Positions 24,940 to 38,832 of a stretch of 46,702 bases of DNA are shown here, one piece after another. The notes beneath the pieces were generated by a model. That model ran no database searches and was not told the DNA's origin. It was given only the letters and a program-made list of their open reading frames with translations. The position numbers and the translations under genes are program-made. Origin of the DNA: Octopus bimaculoides. Taxonomy: Eukaryota. Numbering within the stretch: position 1 is the first letter of the stretch; each line of letters opens with the position of its first letter. The stretch spans positions 171,039,997-171,086,698 of the forward strand of contig NC_068982.1 of assembly GCF_001194135.2 (NCBI RefSeq), given 5' to 3'.

Positions 24940-25269
24940 CTAGTCGCAGTGATAAGGTGATGATGATTATGAGGATGAGGAGGAGGAGGGGGAAGAGGAG
25001 TAAGAGTAGGAGGCAAAGAGGAGGAGAATCATCATCATCATCATATTCTATATTATCAACACCATCACCTCTACCACCACCACACCACCACCAGACAAAC
25101 ATCTTCATTATTATCACCACCAACAACAGCATCACTACCAGCACTTCCACCGCCGCCCTCGCCGCCCTAGCCGCCCTCNNNNNNNNNNCCCCCGCCACCA
25201 CCACTATCACTATTACCATAATCGTCATCATCATCAACGTCGTCATCATCGTCTTCATCGTCATCATCG

Positions 25270-25300
<31 letters not shown>

Positions 25301-25440
25301 TGCCATCCTTATCACCATCATCATTATTATCATCGAACGTAGTATATTAAGGTTTGTGGGAAACATGATGATGATAACGATCATGATGATGATGATCATC
25401 ATAATCAAGCAGTGGGTGATGATGTTGATGAAGATGGTAT
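24940..25440. repeat. Compound trinucleotide array (GAT/GAG, then CAT/CAC) with a GCCGCCCT(C/A) 9-mer run across a 10-N gap
   Basis: Read directly; it yields poly-M/I/R ORFs. Confidence 0.9.
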
Positions 25441-25699
25441 TTGTGATTATGGGAGGGCGTTGGGTCTGTGTGGTTATGGATTCAATTAGGTTACCAAGTT
25501 GGGAGAAGATTACAACGATTGGGGATAAGTTGATTAAATTGACACCACTAGAGTATTATCTCTATGAATTGTAACATTAATATCCCTTATATCTAACTAT
25601 ACAGTAGGTATTAAATCTTTTTAATTCTCCGACTCGTCCGTTTCTTATTATTTCATATTATTTCTTCTAATTTTCTCTTTTTCTCTCCTGATTTCAACT

Positions 25700-25925
25700 C
25701 GTAGCTGAGCTTTGATCACGAGATAGTTTCCAATTTATTCTGATACTGAGGCGAAGCATCTTCATCTAATTTGTTTAGGTCATGTTTTAAAATCTTGAGT
25801 ACAAATAATCTACAGCCTTTGTAACTGATGGTATGTATCTTTCTGTTATTTCTTACAATAATTTCAGTCTTCTGACATGACCATCAGCTTTTTTAATCAA
25901 TTATATCCTTCCTATTATCCATTTA
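25700..25925 (-). mobile_element. Possible Penelope-like RT N-terminal relic
   Basis: The minus strand gives DIID*KADG (cf. DIIIKKADKG) and, in another frame, NKLDEDASPQYQNKLET (cf. Y.KLD.DPT..YQ.KL). It is short and broken. Confidence 0.35.
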
Positions 25926-27026
25926 TACTTCACCATTGAACGGCTAAGTAAACTTGGGTGCTAAACCCATTACTAATCCTTGTCACTCCACAAAAAAAAT
26001 ATTTAAACTTTCCTAACAATGAAAATCAAAGTTACTCAATTCTACATACAGAATATAGTTACTTTTATTTGGCCGATGTCTTTACGTTAGAAAACATGAA
26101 TGTTCGATCTATTATTAGACAACCAACATTGTTAATCAGCCATTAGTAAATATTAAAGATGTCACTGAGATATTAATATTGCATGCGGGTGACACAAACC
26201 GAATGCGTTATTTTGTTAGATTAAAAAATGTATCACACATTATACTTCAAGTTTCACTTCTGAGTGTTCGTTTTTATGTATATACCTCTGAAAATTTCAC
26301 CTGGTGCAATAATCATTGAAAGAGTTGAAAAAATGTTTTCATTTTTAGTTATATGAGTATATATGTGTGTGTCGAGGTGCCTGTATTTTTATAGATGTAT
26401 ACATATATGCATGTGCATGTGTGTGAGTTTGTGTGCACGTGCATAATGTGTGTATGCATGTAAGAGTTTATGTATATGCATAGGTAAATACATCTTGATT
26501 TGTTGTCTTCTTTTGTTGCAATTTGTGTATCAAACTATTTTACAATGTTAATTACTGTATGTTTATTATCGTATTTCCCATTCGCATTCATATTATGTGA
26601 TGTGACGTGTCTGCCATCTTTCAAAAATCCATACTAGTGGATCTTCATTCTGTTTCTCAGTATGTGTTAGGTATATATCGACCAAATCGAAACGTATACT
26701 CCGTCATATCTAGACATGGGTACATGAAAAACATTCATATCCGTTGTTCTTAAACCAGAAGGAATTTTATTATTGTGACAAATAACGTTATCTATATATT
26801 CATTATTTTATTGATATCAATGTTACTAACGGTCTTGTATGATATTGTATACATACATACATGTATGCATATATGTGTGTATGTATGTATGTATATATGT
26901 ATGTACGTATGTATGCAAGTATATATATATGCATATGTATATTCTTATATGCTCGTGAATGTGTGCGAATACACATATTTATTTGTTGATACTTATTACT
27001 CACTCTCAATCACTGATTCTTTGTAC

Positions 27027-27062
<36 letters not shown>

Positions 27063-27889
27063 CTGTGTATATATGTGTATGTATGTGTGTATGCGTATGT
27101 GTATGCATATATATCAATGTAAATGTGTGAAATGTGTGTACATGGAAACCTATGCTTCCTCAATTTGATTATAGAATTTGTCTTTTATAAGCTAAATTTC
27201 TATTTCCACATCAATTTGTAAGAATGTCGCTTTCGTATTATTGAAATACTTGTTGTTTCTAAGGAATACTTGTCTTCTTTTTCTTTCCATTATGCTTGCA
27301 ACCACACACCCCGCTGTGATGTTGTAGAAGTTGCTATTTAAATTTCAAATATGTCACGCTTTCTAACTTCTAATTTTTTAACCTACACTCTTTAAAGGTC
27401 AACGTATGCGTTTGTAAACGAAAATATTGCAGAAGACAACGCGACCTAATCTCGTGGTCATCACCACCTCTAATGCCATCACCGCTGTTGTTGACGCAGA
27501 CGCCATTATCTTTTATATTAGTGTATATCGTAATGATGTACAAGTACGCAATATGTATTTCATATAAGTACAATATGTTTTGCAATTATATAAGAAAAGC
27601 TTTTAATCAGAGCAGCAGTCTTTCAGCTAGAAAATTATACCGTCACTTGTATTTAATTCATATTGTTAATAGTGCCTTCTCTTTTCCTTTCTCTCTAAAG
27701 TTTGAGGAAAGGGAATGTAAGCGTGAAAGAGCAGTATACGTCTGTTAAATATTGAAACAACAAAGTAAATACGGTAAATTACTTTTTGCCGTCAAGATTC
27801 TTACGCACAATAAATAATAGCTGTATAGATAAGTTGTATTAAGGCCCAAAATAATGAGCAAGCAGTGTCAGTTATCTTCAGAACAGTTT

Positions 27890-29345
27890 AGATGGGGAAC
27901 AATTTTGAACATGTTTTTTGTTGAGTGAGCTTTTTTACTTAATCTAGACTAAAATTAGCATGCCGACAGTCAGTTTTCTTCCATCATGTCAATATATTTT
28001 TTCCAACAGCTTATTCTCTGTATAGGCACAATTGTATTTTTTGTCCGTAAGTAATAGGGATGATTAGTTGCTTTTATTATTTTATTGATAAGACGTAGGA
28101 AAATTTTCCAAAAAAATTTTAGTCGTGTTGCTTTTTTATATTCATGGTGCAGGGCTCAGAAATACCCTTACAAATGTTTTATCGCGTCGAATATTTTGTT
28201 CAACAGGAATTAATTTTTTACGGAAGAATGTGAACTTTTGCCATTAAATGCAATACTGAAATGATAAACTAAAACAAATCAAATAGTACTTTTTATTGTT
28301 TAACAAATATGTTACGTAAAATATGTAATTACACATATTAGGACAGATATTTCTGTCAAACTTGAGTTTCAGCTACTCAGAGTAAACTTTCTCTTTGATG
28401 CTTTGTGCGAATAACTTGAAACACGACAGTCTCTTTGCAGAGACCAGCAGTAATCAGCCATCATATCTGTGTTATATCTGCATTGATACCTAATCATCAT
28501 GATGTCAATGTGTTGGTGGAATCTTTCTCTTTGCTCATCACTTATTGCACTATGACTTTCAGGGAAGTAGTCCAGATGGTTGTGCTGGAAATTCACGTTC
28601 ACACTCATGTTGCAGTCCAGTGCACGAAGACTGGTTAACAGCGTCTGCACAAGTTCTTCATAATAATTTCATGAATTACAGTTTTCCACGAAGTCGGACA
28701 CAATCGTAGCAAATGCATTCAATTATCCCTTTTTAACGGCAGATATAGTCGCCGAAAGATGTTCATCCTGCACTAGTCATCTATTCTGTGGATCATCAAT
28801 CACACCAAACTTAATTTTTTTTAACAAGACAAAGCTGAAAAACTTCTAATTAAGTAATTGAATCAGCCACAGTTTCAGTGTTTCGGAACACTTTTTCACG
28901 CTATTTGTCTTGATTTACCTAGTTTCAAGTTAAAGTAATGTAATCTTTCTTCATGAAATCTGTGATTTTGTTTCGCTGCCTAGGTAAGTGTAACATTCAT
29001 AAATGTAGCAGGAGATATCGGGGCAGTTTTCGCATTTTCTTCTGTTACAACTGGCCATATTTCACAAATACAAGACATATATTCAAACCAGTTGTCACGT
29101 GGGAAAAAAACATTTTCAGGATTATCAACATTTATAAAGTAAGTAAATGCAGATCTGTGGTGGCAAAGGACTATGAAGAGCGTAGTATTACCATGAAGTT
29201 CTTTCTACAGGTCTTTGACCATACTTGACCAAAGCAATCTTGATCCATGTGACCTCGCTATTAATACTTTAAGAAAACATTCAAAATACCATTTTTCATA
29301 AGTAGTTAAAGGTTCACCAAAACATGTTTCACTTTGTTTGCAGTG
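27890..29345 (-). mobile_element. Chapaev3-like (CMC superfamily) DNA transposon, internally deleted
   Basis: The minus 5' end is CACTGCAAACAAAGTG (29345). ATG at 29058 opens MASCNRRKCENCPDISCYI, then RQRNKITDFMKKDY and YFNLKLG.QDK. This joins FNYLIRSF...LLTSLRALDCNMSVNVNFQHNHLDYFPESHSAISDEQRERFHQHIDIMMIRYQCRYNTDMMADYCWSLQRD (stop at 28369), matching the Chapaev3 motifs HLDYFP..LGAVS.EQGERFHQD and MMADYCW.LKR. The opposite end (gatggggaacaa, about 27891) is degenerate. Confidence 0.8.
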
Positions 29346-29696
29346 ATAGCCACACTAAATGGAGAACAGCGCGAGCATATTTTCAGATAAATTTCACTAA
29401 TATAAGATATAAGATGTCAAGAACCAAAGAAATGTGTTGTTTATTAACGTCTAATTGTATAAATCACATTTCTGTCATCATCATGACATTTAAATTTGGA
29501 TTGATGTTTTTTATTTACTAAAGATACTTAATCATAACTTTTGTTTTTACATTTTTAGTTGCATTTACTTTAGATGTTATTGAAAAACTATGTTTTCAAA
29601 GTTATGTCAAGCTCCATATAGAGATTTGCGTTTTTATGAAGCCAAATTCATCCTTAGGAATGATGACAATGCCGGAAATGTAGAAACTGGACAATT

Positions 29697-29790
29697 GAGT
29701 CTATGAAAAAACTTAACGTGATAGAGCAAAATGGATTTCTTTTCTCAAATCGGTATTACTGGGAAACACCAGACAACAAAAGCCCGTGTA
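29697..29790 (+). mobile_element. Possible second Chapaev-like 3' subterminal fragment in the opposite orientation
   Basis: aaaaaacttaacgtgatagagcaaaa resembles the reverse complement of 27970-28005 (ttttcttccatcatgtcaatatatttttt). The similarity is weak. Confidence 0.3.
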
Positions 29791-30549
29791 GTATATACAT
29801 ACTGAAAAAAATCTTATGGAAAATTTCAGTCGGAGGCAAATGTGCACCAACTGTTTTTAGCTTCTCTTAGCTACTAAACAAATAGTAACCAATGAAGTTG
29901 GATTTAATATAATCTTCCTTAGAAATTCTTGTACACATTAGAAGTATGAAATACATAACCACTTCTTTACAGCTTGTTTTATCATAATCTTAATGCAAAT
30001 TGAATTACTGCGCCCTACACAAAGCGAGATCTGTGACTGCGTAAAACATTACTTATTATCAAAGTGGCATTAAAAAGAAAGATTATTATAAATATTTCAT
30101 GAAGCGATTTTTATTTTTGTTCCACAGATTGCATTTAAAATCGGTGACGCAATATAGCAGTTAGAACAAAAGCAGCCAAAATATATAAATAGATAAATAA
30201 TATCATTAGCTTAAATGAATACCAACAAGAAGGAGTCAAAGAAGGAATCTCTACATGGAGGCTGTCATGCGAATAAAAGTTATGAAAATCTCTTTTGCTC
30301 TACTATCTTAAAAAGAGAAAACTTAAAAATAAGAGTACTGTATTCGTGGCGGATGATCATATCGTGCCTGCATGGACTGCTCATGAAAAATAACGAATGT
30401 AAAAAGTAATGAATGGTTGTGAAATAACCAGCAGATCATTACCATAATAGTAATCACAGACACATTGACCTCCGTCAAAAATCATGCATATGATCTACAA
30501 ACATACTGGCAATGAAAGAGGTGTTTGTTAACTTAAGAAGGGGAGATTT

Positions 30550-30656
<107 letters not shown>

Positions 30657-31281
30657 GCCTCTGTGTGTGTGTGTGTAGGAAAATTGAAGAGACGAACTCT
30701 CAGGATGCTAAAGCATCCATTTATATCTTGAATTCTTATACATATGTATATTAATGCCTGTGAATATATATGTGTTTATTTACGTTTGTGTTCTTTTCGT
30801 AGGTATATAAGGTTTATATTTACATATTTGAGTGTGTGTACGCGTCTGTGCATATGAATATAAATACGTTACATTTTATAGGACTTTCTATTTCTGTTAA
30901 CATGTCTGTTTGATGAGTTTATTATATTCTTCCTTATAAGATCGATCCATTGCCGACCATAATTTATCCTGTCGGAAATTTCGGAAACATGTGTAGGAGA
31001 TTTCAAGATGTAAATGGTTTAACAACATCCCGCAAATTTGTCCAATTATTCAATTTTCCTATTTTGCAGGAAATACAATTTACTACCCCGGATTTAAATC
31101 CTGAACACATAGGCAAAATTTAGCTACCTTATTCCCTTGGGTTTATCCTTTAAATTGTATATNNNNNNNNNNNNNNNNNNNNNNNNNNNNNNNNNNNNNN
31201 NNNNNNNNNNNNNNNNNNNNNNNNNNNNNNNNNNNNNNNNNNNNNNNNNNNNNNNNNNNNNNNNNNNNNNNNNNNNNNNNN

Positions 31282-31334
<53 letters not shown>

Positions 31335-32905
31335 ACTTATCACAACAAGATACTATGAGTTTAATATCTCTTGCAGCCGAAGTAGCTTTGGCAGTTAAGT
31401 GAAGACATATTTTCAGTCATCTTTCAAATACATTAGAAATAAGAACCAATTATCCTAATTTACTCCTCTTCACCCGGAATAGAAAAGCACATACGATATG
31501 AGACTTTAAATTCGAAACATTTATGTTATAGTAGCAAAAACACTCGAGCTGTTCATATCTTTATCTGAGATAAATATAATAATTTGTAGCGAGTGTATAA
31601 ACTCAAGTATACTACTCACCATAGAACAATCGCAAAAAAATGTTTGTTCACAGAGAAAATAAACAATCTTGGCCATAATTCAATCATCTAATAATTATAT
31701 CCCCTTTATATAAAAGAAACTAAGGGAAATATAATGCTTAAGATCTAAGGCATGACAAACAATAATAATGACAGCGTGCTACCTACAACTCAAACAAAAA
31801 AAAAAACATCTTAATATCATTGAAACAACCAAATAAGTGAATGACTAAACATCTTACATAGCTACAATTACGACATTAGAGGAGTCAGATGAGTGATTCG
31901 TTAAAACCAGAACAGTAGATAACGAAAGTCCTCAAGCATTAAGACTTCAAGAAAACATTTTCACTGAGATGATAGAAATAAGATGTTTTAGCTGAAGTTA
32001 GAAATGACTAAGTTCATGGCTTCATGACAAGACGGTCCTACACTTCAGAGATAGAAGAAAATCAATTTCGTATTCAAGAACAAAATAACATAGATAATGT
32101 GGAAGCGGCGTCATTAGCCTGTACATGGAACTCAAACAATGTTCGAGAAATACAAAATGTACTATTCTGTTGTTATACATTACTTGCCCTCTATAATGAG
32201 TCATATTGCAAACATTAGCAACACGTTTCATCGCGACTGGAGAACTACAAATCCAATCACAGCATACTCATCAACATTTAAGAGAATGCCGTCAGCGAGT
32301 TGAATAGTTACCCACAAAATATTGCCAATTCGAAAACATAAGCAATTTTTACAGTTGTTTATAAGGCAAGCCAATTCTAAAGAAAACAAATCAGAAAAAA
32401 AGATTTGTAATGTACAGAAATTAAAAAAACAGAAAAACACCATCGAATATTAAAATGTATAAAAACTAAACATATAAATTAAATATATAAATTTAGGTTC
32501 TCTCAGAACAATGAACTGTAAATTTATAATGAGAATCTATGTTAATTGATTAATAATTAGCCTGTAGGTTTCATCTTTCATTTTCGTAAGCATGCCGATC
32601 CCAAGCCATAATTATACGTAAAAGGCATTTACATAATTAAATACATTCGTGCAATTTCATTAGCTTTGCTCAAAACAAATCATGCACTGAAGTAAATAGC
32701 CCGCTAACCGGTGTTGTTTTTCCTTGTTCTCTGTGCAAACTAGACCGTCAGACTTATTTAATATGAACAATTCACATTAAAGAAAAACAAAAAAAGTAAA
32801 TATATCTTATGTAGCGCTATATTGACATGGGTATTCTCACAACGATGAGCACACGCAAACACGAAAATACATAAATATTCACGTCTCACGTACACATATT
32901 ATTGC

Positions 32906-32953
<48 letters not shown>

Positions 32954-33049
32954 NNNNNNNNNNNNNNNNNNNNNNNNNNNNNNNNNNNNNNNNNNNNNNN
33001 NNNNNNNNNNNNNNNNNNNNNNNNNNNNNNNNNNNNNNNNNNNNNNNNN

Positions 33050-33112
<63 letters not shown>

Positions 33113-33185
33113 TTATATTTATATATATATACACACTAATATTCATATGTGTATGAAAGCTTACATATGCACACAAATGCTTATA

Positions 33186-33537
33186 CGAAGTGGTATCATA
33201 ACGTTCCCGGACTAGTTCCGTAGCGTACTACCATATTGCAGCACACGGCTGCCTGCGCAGTGAGAACTAGTAGTGCCCTTCATGAGGCAGTGTGCCGAGT
33301 AACAATGTTGTGATTACTTCGCAAGTTGTGAAATTTGTTTTTGTGATTACGTGTATGCTGCAGTCAACGATTTTGTCATAGAGGGGAACAAATAGCGAAC
33401 GTGAATTTTGCGCTAAACTATGGAAGACTGCTACAGAGACATTGTGCATGCTTCAACAAGGTTATGACGACAAGGCAATGAGTCATGTGCAATATTTCGA
33501 GTGACACGGGCGCTTCAAAAGCGGAAGAACGTCTGTT
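33186..33537 (+). mobile_element. mariner (DD34D-type) 5' relic: TIR plus HTH N-terminus
   Basis: TA|cgaagtggtatcataacgttcccggactag is a TIR-like start. EQIANV is followed, after a frameshift, by FCAKLWKTATETLCMLQQGYDDKAMSHVQYFE*HGRFKSGRTSV (cf. EQRANIKFC.KLGKTATET..ML...YG...MS....FEW..RFK.GR.S). Confidence 0.85.
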
Positions 33538-33559
33538 CGTATTTTATATATAATACGAA

Positions 33560-33640
33560 GGGTTTAAGCCACTGATGATCTCAACTTATAGGTACTCTGG
33601 GTGAGTGCTGCAATTGGTAAGGAATTAGTATCTGAATTCA
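33560..33640 (+). ncRNA. Degenerate type I hammerhead-ribozyme-like motif (probably inactive)
   Basis: CTGATGA at 33572-33578; stem II ctca/tgag; G at 33607 with AAA missing; stem III ct..aatt/aatt.ag; GTA triplet at 33628-33630; weak stem I with G-U pairs. Confidence 0.35.
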
Positions 33641-35664
33641 CAACGCCGGTTGGCGCTGGAGATGCATAACCTACTTTCGAGTCAGCAGGTATAAATTAAA
33701 AGAAGAGGAAAACAAAACCAAGGTTAGACATGCTTATCGGGTAATTTAAATAATTTTGATTATAATGGTGAATCGAAGTAAGCAAATATATACATAAATA
33801 TGTATGTGTGCGTTTATGTGTGTCTGTATGTGTACAACTATATGTATATATAAAATAACATAGAAGCAAATCATTGTGTAGCCGACGTATATACTTCGTC
33901 ATCAATGCCTTCACCTTCTTATGTTCTTAATAATATTACTAATTGTATATTCTTAAGTTATTCATTTCTTGACTTCTGGGATAACCCATGAATGCTTTCT
34001 AAAACCATATGTAATAAATATGGAAATATATCACAATTTTCATTACATCAAGATTTTCATTATATTAAAATCATATAAATGTTTATTAAACTCTTGCCGA
34101 CATTAAATATCTCGAAACTTGTTCGCTAAGCGTGCCGTGTGGCTACCGTATTATCCTGCTGCTTGCCATTTTTAAAATTTCCAAAAACCCATAGTGTTAC
34201 CACTCATCACCAGTTTCCATTGCCCTGATGAGATGAGACAAAAGATTATACCTTCTCTTGAAATTAGTCAATGAAATTGACTTGTTAATTTTACTTTCTG
34301 TAGAACGAATTTAACTAATACACTAGTATAATTGTCACATCCGTATTTCGATCGTTGTATACGGCAATATACTACGTCAAGAAAATATACAGATTTGGAG
34401 CTTTTCGGATTGGCAGCATTGCAAGTTACAATAAACCATTGCTTCCTTGGTTCCTTACTTTATAAAGACACTAACATAGTTCATTCATCATATATCAAAC
34501 GTGATTCGTTTTATGCGAATTATGTAAATCCTTAAATATTTCGATTTCTCATATTGATACACTTATGGAGACCTTAGTATTTCATATGCCTTAGAACACT
34601 AACATGACGGAAAGCCTTTCGTTCTTATTCAGAGCTGTAGTTCTATGATATAATCTTTCAAAATGTTATGAACTACTTGATACCCAAGTATACAGATTTA
34701 AGTTGATTCATGTGCCAAAGTACTATCTAAAGTAGATGAATGTGAAATACTTCTAATGTAGAAGCATTGTAAATACAATTACTCTTTAAAGCCTCTTCAT
34801 GTCAACCGCTTGATTTTAACAGAAGCCGGAGGTATTCCTTCCTGATAAAATTTAAGTGATGTCACGTGATTACGATCACTTCATTAATATTTCTATCTTT
34901 GACAGGATCGTCAGTAGAAATAACCAGCTGTCATTTCAATGTCACTTTTCCCTGCTGCTCTGTTATCTTAACGGAATCTACAGCAAAAACAAATGAAAAA
35001 TGTCATGCCCTCTGTAAAGTAAAAGCGGAAAAATAACAAGCAGCTGCATTTATAATTTGTCTTTTCTTCCTTTACATACTTCCTGCTCTTAACTTACCAG
35101 CTTAAAACAGCTTCTCATTCATAACATTAGAATTCTAACTCCTCGAACTACAATCCGGAGAATCCCATAAATAATTCCCTACCCGCATCGATAGATAGAT
35201 TACTATAGATGTCTTCTCTAGTGAATCACGTAGTCGTTGCCCGCAAAGAATATTGTTTTTATTATACTTTAAAATTTAGAAAGTAGGATACGAGCATACA
35301 AATAATGAGATAGTAACGTTGGGAGATATATATCAAGTTCTTTTGTATCTAAAAGAAATGAAAATTGTCGTGAAATCTATTTTCCTTAAGTACATATTTA
35401 TGTCTATTTAATAGGTTTAGGAGTGGTCCAAGTGAACATTAATACTATAACATGATTTATATAAGGATATAAAAACACTACTTGAAAAGGGTTTGAAAGC
35501 CATACTTTCTAAATACATACGATTAAAAACAACAGCAGTTATAGTTTGCTCATTTTCTGTCGTTCCAAATTCTATTCTTAAATAATCATATCTTATACGG
35601 ACAGAAATATAAGGTAGTGATAGACATAATTTTGCTTTCGTATTTTGGCGCTGGCCAGCAATTA

Positions 35665-35796
35665 TCGGTCGGGGAAGAGGATTATATCGACCCTGGAAGC
35701 TAAAGTCGACGTCCGTGACTCAAAACATAAAGATGAACGAAATGCCGCTAAACATTTTGCTCGGCGTGCTAACGATTCTACCAGCTCGTCGCCTTA
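35665..35796 (-). mobile_element. SINE family B, degenerate and deleted copy
   Basis: gattatatcgaccc...aaagtcgac...gaaatgccgctaaacattttgctcggcgtgctaacgattctaccagctcg is colinear with the other B copies. Confidence 0.75.
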
Positions 35797-36929
35797 TCCA
35801 TACAGATAACATAATTCAACAGAATATCAAGCAAAGAATATGAGGTATGCGTATTAGTGGAGCCAAGATCTCACTACTAAAATTTGCTTCTCATGAGAAG
35901 CGTTTCAAAACAATCAAGTTCAGTTCGTGCTTTTTTTTTTTTTTAGTTGAATTAGACTCGACGCGTGATAGAAATATTTTATTGACAAGAGAAGGGGAAA
36001 GATGGGTGCTGTTTCTTGAAAAAAAGAGTTTCACATGGTTGAACTTGAGAAAGCAGTTTCGTCTGGGAGGGAGCAAACTCTGATATCACTTCTTCCTTAC
36101 CTTGCAATCACATTCAGTCACGGGTAAGCTTGAGTAAATCTTTAGAAAAACCCGAAGCCGATGTTCTCATCCAGTTTAGATAGTTGCGATATACACAGCA
36201 TGACTGCTGGATTCTCAGATGACCCCCAAAGGATCAGTGACAAAAGAAAGGGCACTGGTTAATAGTAAAAATTTTATATATAATCATAATCTCTGCATAC
36301 GAGAGATACTCTACAGAGACTATATATTTTTCCCAAACGGAAAGGAGGTAGACTGCATTAGAGAGCATGCTCTTGATTTTTCAGTGAGAAACTCAGTGTT
36401 ATAAATGTCTTAGAGTCCTGTGAGACTAGACTGACCAGCAGTCTTCGTTTCTATTCCATATATCTGATGAAGATGTCAACCCTGTCAGTGACTAAGCACA
36501 TATATCTCCATTCTACTCAAACAAACAGGATGAATTTTATGTGCAAGGACAAAATACAGACATAGGTATAAGTATATATATAAAGATACAATAATATCTG
36601 TGAGAATGAGTGCTCAACACTGCATTAATGGGTAAATACATTTCATGTATAGGAAAACAGGGATATCAATGGTTTCATGCATAAAAATTCTCTCAACAAT
36701 TATCAAACCTGCCACATGGGAACGTTGTTACTAGTCTCCGTCTTGGAGACGAATATCACAATAAAGGAATTTACATATATACATACACACACAAACACAC
36801 TCACAGCCCCCTCTCACACATTCTGTTATTCTGTTATTCTGTTGTGTGTTTCAGCACTAAGGCTGTGGCCATGCTGGGGTACCACCAGTGTAATAACCCT
36901 TTAATTGGCCAATTATATGTAATTAGCTT

Positions 36930-37346
36930 CTGGTAAAGGTGTGAGTTTAACACTGATGCCTTTTTTTAGTTTCCTGCCTAGATATTGTTTCATCCAGGAG
37001 GTTGGACAGCAAATGTTCAAATTGTTTCTTGCAAAATGTACCCCCCCCACTCCCTGGACATCCCTCAGGTATTTTGGCAAGGCGTTAAATAGCTGTGGAC
37101 CCTTGAATCACAAGATGTTGCAGTACATGGTCCTTAACTCAGATGGGACAGCAGGGACTTTTGGAACAGTGCAGTGATATCCAATTCCAGGTCTGGTGTA
37201 ACTCTCAATTCCAAAGTTTGGTGCCAGCCCTTCCAGTATCTTCCACACATATATCAATGCAAACCTCGTAGCACTTTCAGCCTCTCAAAGTAGCTCAGCT
37301 TTTCCATTGATGCAATCATCCTCGTGTAGCATCGCTGAACCACTTT
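36930..37346 (-). mobile_element. CR1-group LINE ORF2 C-terminal relic
   Basis: Minus translation: KVVQRCYTRMIASMEKLSYFERLKVL / IYVWKILEGLAPNFGIESY...YCNIL*FKGPQLFNALPKYLRD / KKQFEHLLSNLLDETISRQE. This is the typical CR1/L2-group tail (LSY.ERL, GPQLFN.LP, FK..LD..L..IPDEP). Confidence 0.85.
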
Positions 37347-37347
37347 T

Positions 37348-37390
<43 letters not shown>

Positions 37391-38109
37391 TATACACCAC
37401 ACAGACATATATACGAGTGCGTGATGTATTTCATTTGTTACAAATCACGCCTCCCGGGTATACCACGCGATGTAATTCGGAACCTTGGAATAAGAAGCAA
37501 AACTTAGAGAATCGATATTTCAGATTCCATGAGGATTTGTTTCCCTTTACTTTCCTGCCCGTGATGCATTTACTTTGTGGTGTAAGCAGTAAATATGTGA
37601 CCAAACGTGTGCTAGGTATGACTAGTTTTCATGATGGTACAAGTTTGACAGTTCAATGTCAAATTTTCAAGTATCAATACAGATACCATTTTCATGAGGT
37701 AAATCAGGAATTTGGTATATTATCCGTTTTTATATCAAAGTGTGACATATTTTCCAGTAACCATAACTACCAGCTTGGACTGTGAAGCCAGAGATTAATA
37801 GCTTAACATTGCAGACTAGTCAGTGCATTTTATTTTCATGTTATTGTATTTGTAATTATCTAGCATTCCTTCTCTTCTGGTACAAAAACACATTTTTTTG
37901 CTACCATCTTAACCTAGAGATTGTTTGGCAGTTTTTTTTTTTGTTGTATCTTTGCCTTTTTCATGACATTCTAACACACAGACATTTCTTTTTCCGTTTT
38001 ACTTCTGATGTCATTGCTTGCATTTCGTTTAATTTTTTTAGTTTTAAATTTATTTACACCAGTTGACTTTATCTAACTATAACTCTGACACGTTTATAAA
38101 ACAAACCCA

Positions 38110-38372
38110 TAAGGCATACCAAATGCTCTGACTCTATTTATTAGCAATTGTTTGTAGGTTTGTAACTGGCGGTGTTATTTTCATTATTTCCTTTAGACTG
38201 GAATCAATGACCTGAACGTCCGTGGTGTCTAATACTATTACGGTAATATCATCTGCATACGCCATTCAGGTCTCTCGCATCCCAGCTCACAATGGATACA
38301 CCTCAAATGTTTTAGTGTCGCAGCAATGGTTCGAGAACGATTCCGAGTTGAATAGATAGGAGTGGACTAATC
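38110..38372 (-). mobile_element. L1-Tx1 RT relic (older copy)
   Basis: The minus strand gives RQISPLLS..VLEPLLRH, then ELGCERP and AYADDITVIV. YADD is at 38248-38259. Confidence 0.7.
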
Positions 38373-38832
38373 TGACGTATTCAGGGTGCGATATTAAACG
38401 TTTGCAAGAGGTGGTCATTTATTGTAACAGCTGAGGAAACTCTACTGTGCAATACCATGGCCCTACCAATGTAAACGGATACGAAACAGTCTGATTTTAT
38501 AACTGCTGCAACTAAAGATAGTGGGCCCTATTGAAGGCTTCCAACTGATTCAAATTCATCAGTCTCACCAACCATTTGAGATGCATCGCATAAGATGGAG
38601 GTTGTTGTTCAGTGATCTATTGCGAATTGAGCATGTTTAATTTTCTCAAATGAAAACATCTACGAAAAGCGCCAATCTCTTTAATGATAATAAACGGAAA
38701 ATTTTAATTAGAATGATATTGAACACGATGTTGGTGATGTTGGTATTCCCGATGATGATGATGATGATGATGACAACTATGCTACGATGATGACGACGAC
38801 TACGGAAATTGTGGTTGTGGTGATGAGACAAA

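Noticed and set aside
27380-27510. ATGGCGTCTGCG start-like context on the minus strand
   Set aside because: The frame closes after 35 codons, has no canonical donor, and looks like decayed trinucleotide repeat.
31070-31125. Strong plus-strand acceptor followed by TTPDLNPEH (cf. Tc1 SPDLNPIE)
   Set aside because: It is only a 5-residue match, stops after 17 codons and has no other transposase motifs.
36090-36128. Minus-strand AAG|GTAAGG donor with a 39-nt open frame
   Set aside because: It needs a rare AAG acceptor, and longer exon options contain stops.
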